The translations under genes and the position numbers were made by a program. Under the pieces are notes generated by a model. It searched no databases. It had not been told where the DNA came from and was given only the letters and a program-made list of their open reading frames with translations. Positions 45,592 to 53,793 of a stretch of DNA of 64,000 nt are shown piece after piece (within the stretch, counting starts at the first letter, position 1; the number at the start of each line of letters is the position of its first letter). Source of the DNA: Gaiellaceae bacterium (GTDB lineage: Bacteria > Actinomycetota > Thermoleophilia > Gaiellales > Gaiellaceae); assembly GCA_036490825.1 (NCBI GenBank), contig DASXDE010000097.1:275-64274 (forward strand), in the 5' to 3' direction.

Positions 45592-45734
45592 GGCTCCTCG
45601 CGCGCCTCATCCGCCGCCTGCTCGGTCGCGGGCGGCCCAGGCCACACCCCGTGCCGCCGGCCGATCCCGAGCGGCTGCAGCGCATCTATCGCGACACGCA
45701 CCGCCACGTGGAGGAGCTGCGCCGCGCCGCGTGA
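45588..45734 (+). CDS. candidate 48-aa ORF translationally coupled to recG
   Basis: The ATG overlaps the recG stop (ATGA). The peptide MRLLARLIRRLLGRGRPRPHPVPPADPERLQRIYRDTHRHVEELRRAA is very basic and could be non-coding. Confidence 0.2.
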   Translation: MRLLARLIRRLLGRGRPRPHPVPPADPERLQRIYRDTHRHVEELRRAA

Positions 45735-45749
45735 TGTCACGATCTGCCG

Positions 45750-46292
45750 GTGCGCGTCATCGCCGGCAGCCGGAAGGGGCACAAGCTTGCCGCGCCGCGC
45801 GGGCTCGACACGCGGCCGACCTCCGACCGCGTCCGCGAGAACGTCTTCAACCTCGTCGGCCCGGTCGAGGGAGCGCGGGTGCTCGACCTCTTCGCGGGTT
45901 CCGGCGCACTCGGGATCGAGGCGCTCTCCCGCGGCGCCGCGAGCGCCGCCTTCGTCGAGCGGGACCCGGACGCCGTGCGGACGATCGAGCGCAACCTCGA
46001 CCGATTGCGGCTGACCGGCGCGCGCGTCGTCCACGGCGACGTCCTCCGTACGATCGCGCAGGAGGCGACCGCCGGCGCGAAGTACGATCTCGTGCTGGTC
46101 GACCCTCCCTACGGCATGCTCACCGAGATCCAGCCACGCCTCGCGCGCTACCTGCCGCCGCTGCTCGCGGCGGACGGCCTGCTAGTCGTCGAGACGGGCG
46201 CGCGCTCGGAGCCGGAGCTGCCGCTGCCCGTCCGCACGAGCCGTAAGTACGGCCAGACGCGTGTCACCCTCTTCGAGGCGCCGGCGCAGTGA
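45750..46292 (+). CDS. rsmD: 16S rRNA (guanine966-N2)-methyltransferase
   Basis: MRVIAGSRKGHKL..RPTSDRVRE..LDLFAGSGALGIEALSRG..VDPPY. Confidence 0.85.
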   Translation: MRVIAGSRKGHKLAAPRGLDTRPTSDRVRENVFNLVGPVEGARVLDLFAGSGALGIEALSRGAASAAFVERDPDAVRTIERNLDRLRLTGARVVHGDVLRTIAQEATAGAKYDLVLVDPPYGMLTEIQPRLARYLPPLLAADGLLVVETGARSEPELPLPVRTSRKYGQTRVTLFEAPAQ

Positions 46293-46804
46293 TCACCGCC
46301 ATCGCCCCCGGCTCCTACGACCCGGTCACGAACGGCCATGTCGACGTGATAGCACGGGCCGCGGGGATCTTCGACCGCGTCGTCGTCGGCGTCGTGGGGA
46401 CGCCGCACCACAAGGAGCCGACCTTCGCAGTCGAGGAACGGGTCGAGTTCCTCCGCGGAGCGCTCGCCGACCTCGGCAACGTCGAGATCGACGTCTTCCG
46501 GGAGCTCGTGGTCGACTTCGCCCGCAGGTGGGACGCCAAGGCGATCGTCAAGGGGCTCCGCGTGATCTCGGACTTCGAGTGGGAGTTCCAGATGAACCAG
46601 CTGAACCGGACGCTCGCGCCGGAGGTGGAGACGGTGTACGTGATGGCGAGCCCGCAGGTGAGCTTCGTCTCCTCGAGCGGGGTGAAGGAGATCGCGGCCT
46701 TCGGCGGCGACGTGTCCGCGCTCGTGCCGCAGCCGGTGGCGCGCCGGCTCGCCGAGCTCTTCCCGAACGGGCGGCCCGGGACGCCGGAACGGCCCGACGA
46801 GTGA
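46289..46804 (+). CDS. coaD: phosphopantetheine adenylyltransferase
   Basis: PGSYDPVTNGHVDVI (the H/TxGH motif) and ..ISDFEWEFQMN.. ..SSSGVKE... Confidence 0.95.
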   Translation: MITAIAPGSYDPVTNGHVDVIARAAGIFDRVVVGVVGTPHHKEPTFAVEERVEFLRGALADLGNVEIDVFRELVVDFARRWDAKAIVKGLRVISDFEWEFQMNQLNRTLAPEVETVYVMASPQVSFVSSSGVKEIAAFGGDVSALVPQPVARRLAELFPNGRPGTPERPDE

Positions 46805-47685
46805 CCGAGCTCGACGTCACCCTCCGCGACGGCCGGACGCTCCATGTCTACGACGACGGCGATCCCGACGGCCACGTCCTCGTCCAGCACCACGGGACGC
46901 CCGGGAGCGGCCTCGGCTACCCGCCGGACAACGAGCTCGGCGGCGAGCGCGGGCTGCGTGTCGTCCGCTACGACCGCGCCGGCTACGGCGGGTCGACGCC
47001 GAATCCCGGGCGCTCGGTCGTGGACGTCGTCGCGGACATCGAGGACGTGCTCGACGCGCTCGGTGTCGAGCGGTACGCGTCGCTCGGCGGCTCGGGCGGC
47101 TGCCCGCACTCGTTCGCCTGCGGCGCCCGCTCGGAGCGGTGCGTAGCCGCCGCGGCGATCGCGGCGCCGACGCCGTACCCCGCCGAGGGACTCGAGTGGC
47201 TTGCGGGCATGGGCCAGCAGAACGTCGACGAGTTCAACGCGGCGCTCGAGGGGCCGGAGAAGCTCGAGCCGTACCTCGAGCACGAGGCCGCGGAGCTGCA
47301 GGCGGCGACGCCCGAGCAGGTCAAGGAGGTGTGGGCCAGCGTCCTGCCGCCCGTCGACGCGGCCGTGCTGACAGGCGACCGCGCGGTGCACTGGAAGCGG
47401 AGCAACGACCGCGCCCTCGCCCAGGGGGTCGCCGGCTGGCGCGACGACGACCTCGCGTTCACCAGGCCGTGGGGCTTCGAGCTGAGCGAGATCCGCGTCC
47501 CCGCGCTCCTCTGGCAGGGCGTGCAGGACAAGATGGTTCCCGTCGCGCACGCACGCTGGCTCGCAGAGCGAATCCCCGGCGTCGAGGCCCACATCAGCGA
47601 GGAAGACGGGCATCTCTCCATCACCGTGGGCCGCCTCGGCGAGATCTACGACTGGCTCGCCGCCCGCTTCCGGCAGCCTTCCTGA
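46801..47685 (+). CDS. alpha/beta-fold hydrolase
   Basis: ..HHGTPGSG.. oxyanion region and the nucleophile elbow LGGSGGC (GxSxG). The GTG overlaps the coaD stop. Confidence 0.75.
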   Translation: MTELDVTLRDGRTLHVYDDGDPDGHVLVQHHGTPGSGLGYPPDNELGGERGLRVVRYDRAGYGGSTPNPGRSVVDVVADIEDVLDALGVERYASLGGSGGCPHSFACGARSERCVAAAAIAAPTPYPAEGLEWLAGMGQQNVDEFNAALEGPEKLEPYLEHEAAELQAATPEQVKEVWASVLPPVDAAVLTGDRAVHWKRSNDRALAQGVAGWRDDDLAFTRPWGFELSEIRVPALLWQGVQDKMVPVAHARWLAERIPGVEAHISEEDGHLSITVGRLGEIYDWLAARFRQPS

Positions 47686-47746
47686 CCCCGGCCGAAAGGC
47701 GCTCCTCGACCGCGCCGACCGCTCAGGGGGCTACACTCCGAGGCCA

Positions 47747-48253
47747 ATGGACGTCCTAGTTCTGATCGACAAGCTCGACGACCTCGTCCACAACGCCAAG
47801 GCCGTGCCCCTCACTGACCAGGTGCGGATCGACCGCGAGGAGATCTACGACATCCTCGACCAGATGCGCGCGACGATTCCGGAGGAGATCAAGCAGGCCC
47901 GCTGGATCGTCAAGGAGCGGCAGGAGATGCTGGCCGAGGCGAAGCGGGAGGTCGACCGGCTGCTCGCCGAGGCGCGGGAACAGGCGGTGCGCGAGGCGTC
48001 GCAGACCGAGATCGTCAAGATCGCGGAGCGGCAGGCCGACGAGATCGTGGACGACGCCCGGCGGGGCGCGCGCGAGATGAAGCTCGAGATGGAGGACTGG
48101 GCCGACAACCAGCTCGCCTCGCTCGAGGTCAATCTCGAGCGGTTCCTCACCGCAGTCCGGCGAGGCCGCGAGCGGTTGCACGAGCGCTCGCAGGAAACGG
48201 TCATCGCGGGCATCGGCGCCAACGGCGACATCGCCGACGACGAGCGCTTCTAG
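47747..48253 (+). CDS. coiled-coil protein (DivIVA / ATP-synthase-b-like)
   Basis: 168 aa, almost entirely charged heptad-like helix (..EIKQARWIVKERQEMLAEAKREVDRLLAEAREQAV..). Confidence 0.6.
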   Translation: MDVLVLIDKLDDLVHNAKAVPLTDQVRIDREEIYDILDQMRATIPEEIKQARWIVKERQEMLAEAKREVDRLLAEAREQAVREASQTEIVKIAERQADEIVDDARRGAREMKLEMEDWADNQLASLEVNLERFLTAVRRGRERLHERSQETVIAGIGANGDIADDERF

Positions 48254-49158
48254 CCCGTAGCCGCCAGTTCCTGCGCGAGCTCGACGAAGGCCTGCGCGGC
48301 CTGCGAGCGATAGCGGTCCCGGTGCCAGGCGAGGACGATCGTCCGCGGCGGGATCCGCGAGCCGAAGGGGAGCGTCTTCACTCCGCGGTCGCGCGGATCG
48401 ACCACGAGCCGCGGCTCGATCGCAGCGCCCAGGCCCTCCGCAACGAGCGCGCCGAGCGTGCCGTTGTCGTCCGTGCGGAAGACCACGTTCACCTCCGGCA
48501 CTCGGCCGGCGAGGAACCGCTCGGGCTCATCGGTGGTGCGGCGGCCGATCAGCGGCAGCTTCGCGACCTCGCGCAGCGGCGGCGCGGCCTCGAGCGAGGC
48601 GAGCTCGGAGTCGGCGGAGACGAGCAGGACGTAGGGATCCTGGAGCAGCTCGGCCCACTCGAACGGGCCCTCCGGTAGCGGCAGGTCGGCGAACGTCAGG
48701 TCGAGCTCGCCGTGCTCGAGCAGCCGCAGCAGGTCGGCGGCGGCGCTCTCCTCCCGCACCCGCACGCCGACCAATGGCCACTGGGCGCGGAATCGCCGGA
48801 CGAGGGCGGGGAGGAGACGGGCCCCGACGCTCTGGTAGATGCCGACCCTGAGCGTGCCGGCCTCGCCCTCGGCGAGCGCGGCCATGTCCGCGCGCGCAGC
48901 GTCGAGCCGCGCCACGATCGCGTCGGCATGGCCGAGGAGCAGGAGCCCGGCCTCCGTGGGCTCGACCCGTCGCGGTCCGCCGGGCCGGTGAAAGAGGCGC
49001 TGCCCGACGATCCGCTCGAGCTGCGCGATCTGCTGGCTGACGGCCGACTGCGTGTAGCCGAGCTCGCGGGCCGCCCGGCCGAACGAGCCGGTGCGCGAGA
49101 CCGCTTCCAGAGCCGCGAGATGCCGCAGCTCGATCCCCAACCACTCATTAGACGCCAT
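48250..49158 (-). CDS. LysR-family transcriptional regulator
   Basis: ..LRHLAALEAVSRTGSFGRAARELGYTQSAVSQQIAQLE.. HTH. I prefer the ATG at 49158 over the track's TTG at 49164. Confidence 0.85.
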   Translation of the reverse strand: MASNEWLGIELRHLAALEAVSRTGSFGRAARELGYTQSAVSQQIAQLERIVGQRLFHRPGGPRRVEPTEAGLLLLGHADAIVARLDAARADMAALAEGEAGTLRVGIYQSVGARLLPALVRRFRAQWPLVGVRVREESAAADLLRLLEHGELDLTFADLPLPEGPFEWAELLQDPYVLLVSADSELASLEAAPPLREVAKLPLIGRRTTDEPERFLAGRVPEVNVVFRTDDNGTLGALVAEGLGAAIEPRLVVDPRDRGVKTLPFGSRIPPRTIVLAWHRDRYRSQAAQAFVELAQELAATG

Positions 49159-49159
49159 G

Positions 49160-49174
49160 ATCAAAACGAACGAT
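49160..49174. promoter_or_regulatory. candidate LysR box (ATC-N9-GAT, T-N11-A type)
   Basis: ATCaaaacgaacGAT lies in the AT-richer divergent gap between the LysR gene and the EamA transporter gene. Confidence 0.25.
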
Positions 49175-49217
49175 AACTCAACTTGCCCTGATCGACGGCG
49201 CTCGGCACCATGGAGCC

Positions 49218-50216
49218 ATGAGGACGAAGATCGCCATCGCGCTCGGGATCGTGTATGTGGTCTGGGGCTCGACCTATCTCGCGATCGCCGTCGCCGACCG
49301 GTCGCTGCCTCCGCTGCTCATGCTCGCGGTCCGGTTCGCGCTCGCCGGCGGTCTGCTCTACGCCTGGTCCGCGTGGCGCGGCGACGTCGCAGCTGCGCGG
49401 CTCGGCCGGCGAGAGTGGACGGCCGCGGCGATCGTAGGAGGGCTGCTGCTGTTCGTCGACACCGGCGGCGTGGCCTGGGCCGAGCAGCGGGTCGCGTCGG
49501 GACTGACGGCTCTCCTTGTCGCGACCGTGCCGCTGTTCGCGGCCGTCCTCGACCGCACCTTCTTCGGAGTCCGGCTGTCGCTCGGCGCGCTCGCCGGAAT
49601 CGCCACCGGTCTGCTCGGCGTGGCGCTGCTGGTGGGGCAGAGCGCGCACGTCGACCCGGTCGGCGCCGCGGTGATCCTCGGCGCCGCGCTCGCGTGGGCG
49701 GGCGGCTCCGCCTACGGGCGCGTCGCGCCGCTCCCGAAGGCGCCGTTCCTCTCGGCCTCGATGCAGATGCTCTCCGCCGCGGTGCTCCTGGCGATCACCG
49801 GAGCCGCGACGGGCGAGGTCGGGCGCGTCCATCCGGCCGCGATCACGCTCGGCTCGCTCGCCGCTTTCGCGTACCTGATCGTCTTCGGCTCGATCGTGGC
49901 GTTCACGGCCTACGGCTGGCTGTTGCGGAGCGGGGCGCCGAGCGTCGTCGTCACGACCTACGCGTACGTCAACCCCGCCGTCGCGGTGCTGCTCGGCTGG
50001 GCGCTCGCGGGCGAAGCGGTCGGCAGCCGCGAGCTCGCCGCCGGCGCGATCGTCGTCGCCTCGATCGGCATGCTCGTCCTCGCCCGGCACGCGCCGCACG
50101 AGGACGCCGAGCCGCTGCCCGAGACGGTCGGCCCGTACCTTCGCCGGAAGGAGGCGCAGGAGACGCGCCCTGCGCTCGTGCCGCGCCTCGCCGACCTCCG
50201 CCGCATGGCGCCCTGA
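49218..50216 (+). CDS. EamA/DMT-family transporter
   Basis: About ten transmembrane segments, with a duplicated EamA pattern (..VVWGSTYLAI.. in the first half; the second half repeats it). Confidence 0.85.
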   Translation: MRTKIAIALGIVYVVWGSTYLAIAVADRSLPPLLMLAVRFALAGGLLYAWSAWRGDVAAARLGRREWTAAAIVGGLLLFVDTGGVAWAEQRVASGLTALLVATVPLFAAVLDRTFFGVRLSLGALAGIATGLLGVALLVGQSAHVDPVGAAVILGAALAWAGGSAYGRVAPLPKAPFLSASMQMLSAAVLLAITGAATGEVGRVHPAAITLGSLAAFAYLIVFGSIVAFTAYGWLLRSGAPSVVVTTYAYVNPAVAVLLGWALAGEAVGSRELAAGAIVVASIGMLVLARHAPHEDAEPLPETVGPYLRRKEAQETRPALVPRLADLRRMAP

Positions 50217-50248
50217 GCGGCCCGCGACCGCCGCGCTACGGTGGCGGG

Positions 50249-50752
50249 GTGACCACCTTCGACCTCCGCAATCTTCGGCTCCGCTCCGGCGATCAGGCGC
50301 GCGAGCCCGTCGAGATCGAGATCGAGCCGCTCGTCCTCGGCGGGCAGACGTACGAGCCGCAGCCGGATCCGGCGCCCGCCGAGCTCGCCGTCACGCGCGC
50401 ATCGAGCGGCACTGTGCTCGAGCTCTCGCTCGACGTCGCCCTCGAGGGGCCGTGCTTCCGCTGCCTGCAGGACGCCGACCTCCCGCTGCAGCTCCGCCTG
50501 CGCGAGTACGAGGCCGCGAAGCCGGAGGGAGAGGAGGAACGGACGGAGTACCTCGAGGATCACCGCCTCGACCTCTCTGCGTGGGCGCACGACGCCATCT
50601 CGCTGGCTTTGCCGGACAAGATCCTCTGTCGCCCCGACTGCGCCGGGCTCTGTCCGGTCTGCGGGAAGGACCTCAACGTCGAGCCTCACGAGCACGTCGA
50701 GGAGCGCCTCGACCCGCGCTGGGCCAAGCTCAGGGAGCTGCAGGAGAAGTAA
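50249..50752 (+). CDS. YceD/DUF177 family protein
   Basis: ..CFRCLQD.. and the C-terminal ..CRPDCAGLCPVCGKDLN.. Cys cluster. The start was trimmed to the GTG at 50249. Confidence 0.8.
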   Translation: MTTFDLRNLRLRSGDQAREPVEIEIEPLVLGGQTYEPQPDPAPAELAVTRASSGTVLELSLDVALEGPCFRCLQDADLPLQLRLREYEAAKPEGEEERTEYLEDHRLDLSAWAHDAISLALPDKILCRPDCAGLCPVCGKDLNVEPHEHVEERLDPRWAKLRELQEK

Positions 50753-51398
50753 GCATGAACGGCGTCGTCGTCGTGATCGGCACGAAGCCGAGGCGCTCGA
50801 GGATCGGGCGGCTCGTCGGCAGCGCGTCGGAGTAGAGCCAGCGATAGCCGCGCTCGCGGGCGAGCTCTGCGCGCTTGGCGACGGTCGCCCGGTACAGCCC
50901 GCGACCGCGGAACTCGGGCAGCGTGATCCCGCCGAACAGACCCGCGAACTCGACTCCGTCCTCGAAGTCGACGCGGCCGCCCGAGGCCGCCTCCCCCTCG
51001 ACGACGGCGACGACCGCCACGGCCTTCTCCGGCAGCTCGAAGCGGCTGCCGAAGACGCGTGCCGCGAGCTCGACGAACTCCTCCGTCACGATGCGCAGCT
51101 CGACGTCCTCGGGCGGAGGCGGGATCGATTTGGTTTCGGCCACCACGACCGTCTCCTCGTCGTCGGGCTCGAGCCCCGCCGCGGCGAGACGCTCGCGCAG
51201 CTCCGCTCCGTCGTGGGAGTAGTACTTCCACTCGACGTGCCCCGGCAACTCGCGCATGCGCGCGACGAGCGGCTCGACGACGCCGTCGTCCGGGCGCCAG
51301 AGCACGGCGCTCCAGCCCTTGCCGACGAACAGCGAGTCCGGCGCCGCCCGGCGGCGCATCTGCTCGTCGAAGCGCGCGAGGATCTCGGTCGTGTCCAC
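50730..51398 (-). CDS. GNAT-family acetyltransferase-like protein
   Basis: The C-terminal ..PEFRGRGLYRATVAKRAELARERGYRWLYSD.. is an acetyl-CoA binding motif. Confidence 0.65.
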   Translation of the reverse strand: MDTTEILARFDEQMRRRAAPDSLFVGKGWSAVLWRPDDGVVEPLVARMRELPGHVEWKYYSHDGAELRERLAAAGLEPDDEETVVVAETKSIPPPPEDVELRIVTEEFVELAARVFGSRFELPEKAVAVVAVVEGEAASGGRVDFEDGVEFAGLFGGITLPEFRGRGLYRATVAKRAELARERGYRWLYSDALPTSRPILERLGFVPITTTTPFMLTSPAAP

Positions 51399-51425
51399 GA
51401 GCAGAGGCTATAGTGGCCCGCTGCG

Positions 51426-51614
51426 ATGGCCGTCCCGAAGCGCAAAACCTCGAAGTCCCGCCGCGACAAGCGGCGCGCGACACACGCGATCAGCGCGCCG
51501 AAGGTCAACGTCTGTCCGACGTGCGGCCAGCCGAAGCGCCCGCATCGCGTCTGCCCGACCTGCGGCACGTACAAGGGCCGCGAGGTCGAGCCGCTCCGCG
51601 TCCAGGCTCCGTAA
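51426..51614 (+). CDS. rpmF: 50S ribosomal protein L32 (zinc-ribbon form)
   Basis: [27 protein letters not shown]. Confidence 0.95.
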   Translation: MAVPKRKTSKSRRDKRRATHAISAPKVNVCPTCGQPKRPHRVCPTCGTYKGREVEPLRVQAP

Positions 51615-51623
51615 GCTCCAGCC

Positions 51624-52601
51624 ATGATCCGGGTCGCCGTCGATGTGATGGGCAGCGACCGCGGCGCCGCTGCCGTGATCGACGGCGCGCAGCGGGCGGC
51701 GGCCGACGGCGTGGTTCCCGTCATCTTCGGCCCGGCGGGGCTCGACGCCGGCGGGCTCGCCCACGTCCCGACGACGCAGGTCGTCGGCATGGACGAGAAG
51801 CCCGCGGACGCCTTTCGCACCAAGGAGGACAGCTCGCTCGTCCGCGCGGTCAAGGCGGTCGCGGACGGGGAGGCCGACGCCGTCGTCTCCGCCGGGAACA
51901 CCGGCGCCATGCTCGCCGCGGGCCTCGTCCTGCTCCGCCGCGTCCCCGGCGTGCGCCGTCCCGCCATTGCCGTGCCGATCCCGTCGCGGCAGGGCCCGTC
52001 CATCCTGATCGACGCCGGGGCGAACGCCGACTGCCGCCCCGAGCACCTGCTCCAGTTCGCGACGATGGGCGCGGTCTTCGCCGAGGAGATCCTCGGCGTC
52101 GCCCGGCCGCGCGTGCGCCTGCTCTCGATCGGCGAGGAGCCGGAGAAGGGGAACCAGCTCACGCTCGACGCGCATGAGCTGCTCGCCGCGTCGGACCTCG
52201 ACTTCCGCGGCAACGCCGAGGGGCGCGACGTCCTCGAGGGCGCCGCCGAAGTCCTCGTCACCGACGGCTTCACCGGCAACGTCGTCCTCAAGGCGGTCGA
52301 AGGAACGGTCAGGACGCTGCTGGACTTGCTGCGCGAGGAGATCACCGCGAGCACGCCGGGAACCGTCGGCGGATTCCTCATCCGGCCCGCAGCGCGGCGC
52401 CTGCGAAAGCGCCTCGACCCCGACACCTACGGGGGCGCGTACCTCCTCGGCCTGCGCGGGCTCGTCGTAATCGCGCACGGCAACTCGTCGCCGACCGCGA
52501 TCGCGAACGCGATCCGGCTCGCCGCCCGCGGCGTCGACCACGACGTCGTCGGCCGCCTCGCATCCCGCCTCTCCCAGCCGGAGCGGGCGGAGATTGTATG
52601 A
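51624..52601 (+). CDS. plsX: phosphate acyltransferase
   Basis: ..VDVMGSD.., ..SAGNTGA.. and ..DGFTGNVVLK... Confidence 0.9.
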   Translation: MIRVAVDVMGSDRGAAAVIDGAQRAAADGVVPVIFGPAGLDAGGLAHVPTTQVVGMDEKPADAFRTKEDSSLVRAVKAVADGEADAVVSAGNTGAMLAAGLVLLRRVPGVRRPAIAVPIPSRQGPSILIDAGANADCRPEHLLQFATMGAVFAEEILGVARPRVRLLSIGEEPEKGNQLTLDAHELLAASDLDFRGNAEGRDVLEGAAEVLVTDGFTGNVVLKAVEGTVRTLLDLLREEITASTPGTVGGFLIRPAARRLRKRLDPDTYGGAYLLGLRGLVVIAHGNSSPTAIANAIRLAARGVDHDVVGRLASRLSQPERAEIV

Positions 52602-52640
52602 TCGGCGCGCTTTCCGGCCCCAACGACACAACGAGGTGAC

Positions 52641-52886
52641 ATGGCAGCGTCGCGCGAGGAAGTCTACGAGCGGGTCAAGGAGGTCCTCACCGAGCAGCTC
52701 GGCATCGAAGAGGCGGACATCACGGAGGAGGCATCCTTCCAGGAGGACCTCGACGCCGACTCCCTCGACCTCGTCGAGCTGATCATGGAGCTCGAGGACC
52801 AGTTCGGGATCAAGATCTCGGACGAGGACGCCCAGAAGATCCAGACCGTCGGCCAGGCCGTCGACTACGTCACTTCGCACCAGTAG
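52641..52886 (+). CDS. acpP: acyl carrier protein
   Basis: ..[17 protein letters not shown].. is the phosphopantetheine attachment site (DSL). Confidence 0.95.
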   Translation: MAASREEVYERVKEVLTEQLGIEEADITEEASFQEDLDADSLDLVELIMELEDQFGIKISDEDAQKIQTVGQAVDYVTSHQ

Positions 52887-52909
52887 CCGCGGATCCGGAC
52901 CTCGCGCAG

Positions 52910-53572
52910 CTGATCGACGGGCTCTCGCCCGAGCTGGCGTCGCCCGTCTTCACCCACACCTCGTGGGCGAGCGAGCGTAGCTCCTCGTACGAGCGGCTCG
53001 AGTCCCTCGGCGACAGCGTCCTGGAGCTGGCCGTCGCGCATGCGCTGTACGCGCGCCATCCGGACTTCTCCGAGGGGAGGCTCGCGAAGGTACGCTCCCA
53101 CGTCGTCTCTCGCGCGACCTGCGCCGTGGTCGCGCGGCAGCTCGAGCTCGGCAGGCGTCTGGTGGAGTGGGCGCCTGCCACGCAGACGACGGACGAGCTC
53201 GCGCGGCTCTCCCGGAACCGCAACGTGCTTGCGGCCGTGATCGAGGCGGCGCTGGGAGCGCTCTTCCTCCAGCATGGCTTCGCGGCGATCGAGGATGCCG
53301 TGGTCGACGCGTTCTCCGAGCAGATCGAGCACGCGCTCACGACGCGCGTCGACCAGAAGACCGACCTCCAGGAGCTGCTGGCGCGCACCGGCCGGCACGT
53401 GACGTACGTGGAGGTCTCCGTCGAGGGCCCGCCGCACGAGCGCAGGTTCACGTGCGCCGCGGTCATCGACGGCGAGGAGCTGGGCCGCGGCGAGGGGCAG
53501 ACGAAGAAGGCCGCCGAGCAGGAGGCGGCCCGGGAGGCGCTCGCCAAGCTCGATTCCGACGAGCCCTCGTAG
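52910..53572 (+). CDS. rnc: ribonuclease III (the start codon is non-canonical or unresolved; CTG at 52910 is shown)
   Basis: The catalytic signature ERLESLGDSVLEL and the dsRBD (..KTDLQELL..GEGQTKKAAEQEAA..) are in one frame, open from 52640. There is no ATG/GTG/TTG in that frame before the GTG at 53126, which lies downstream of the signature. Confidence 0.8.
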   Translation: MIDGLSPELASPVFTHTSWASERSSSYERLESLGDSVLELAVAHALYARHPDFSEGRLAKVRSHVVSRATCAVVARQLELGRRLVEWAPATQTTDELARLSRNRNVLAAVIEAALGALFLQHGFAAIEDAVVDAFSEQIEHALTTRVDQKTDLQELLARTGRHVTYVEVSVEGPPHERRFTCAAVIDGEELGRGEGQTKKAAEQEAAREALAKLDSDEPS

Positions 53573-53596
53573 GTTTCTGGCATCCTGTCCGGCCTC

Positions 53597-53764
53597 GTGG
53601 CCGAACGTCGCCCGACCAACTCAGAGCTGCGCCTGCGGCGCCTCACGGCAGAGAAGCCGGACGCCGAGCCGCGCGGGATCCTCGAGCTCTTCTCCGACGC
53701 CGAGCCGGCGGACGAGGACGCTCCGCTCGCGCGCGACGACGAAGACACGCACGACCGGCAGTAG
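53597..53764 (+). CDS. candidate 55-aa acidic small ORF
   Basis: Hand-read GTG ORF (VAERRPTNSELRLRRLTAEKPDAEPRGILELFSDAEPADEDAPLARDDEDTHDRQ) with high third-position GC. It is the only plausible ORF in the 221-bp rnc-smc gap. Confidence 0.25.
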   Translation: MAERRPTNSELRLRRLTAEKPDAEPRGILELFSDAEPADEDAPLARDDEDTHDRQ

Positions 53765-53793
53765 CGTCCTGTCGCCTCTTTAGGCTGCGGGCG

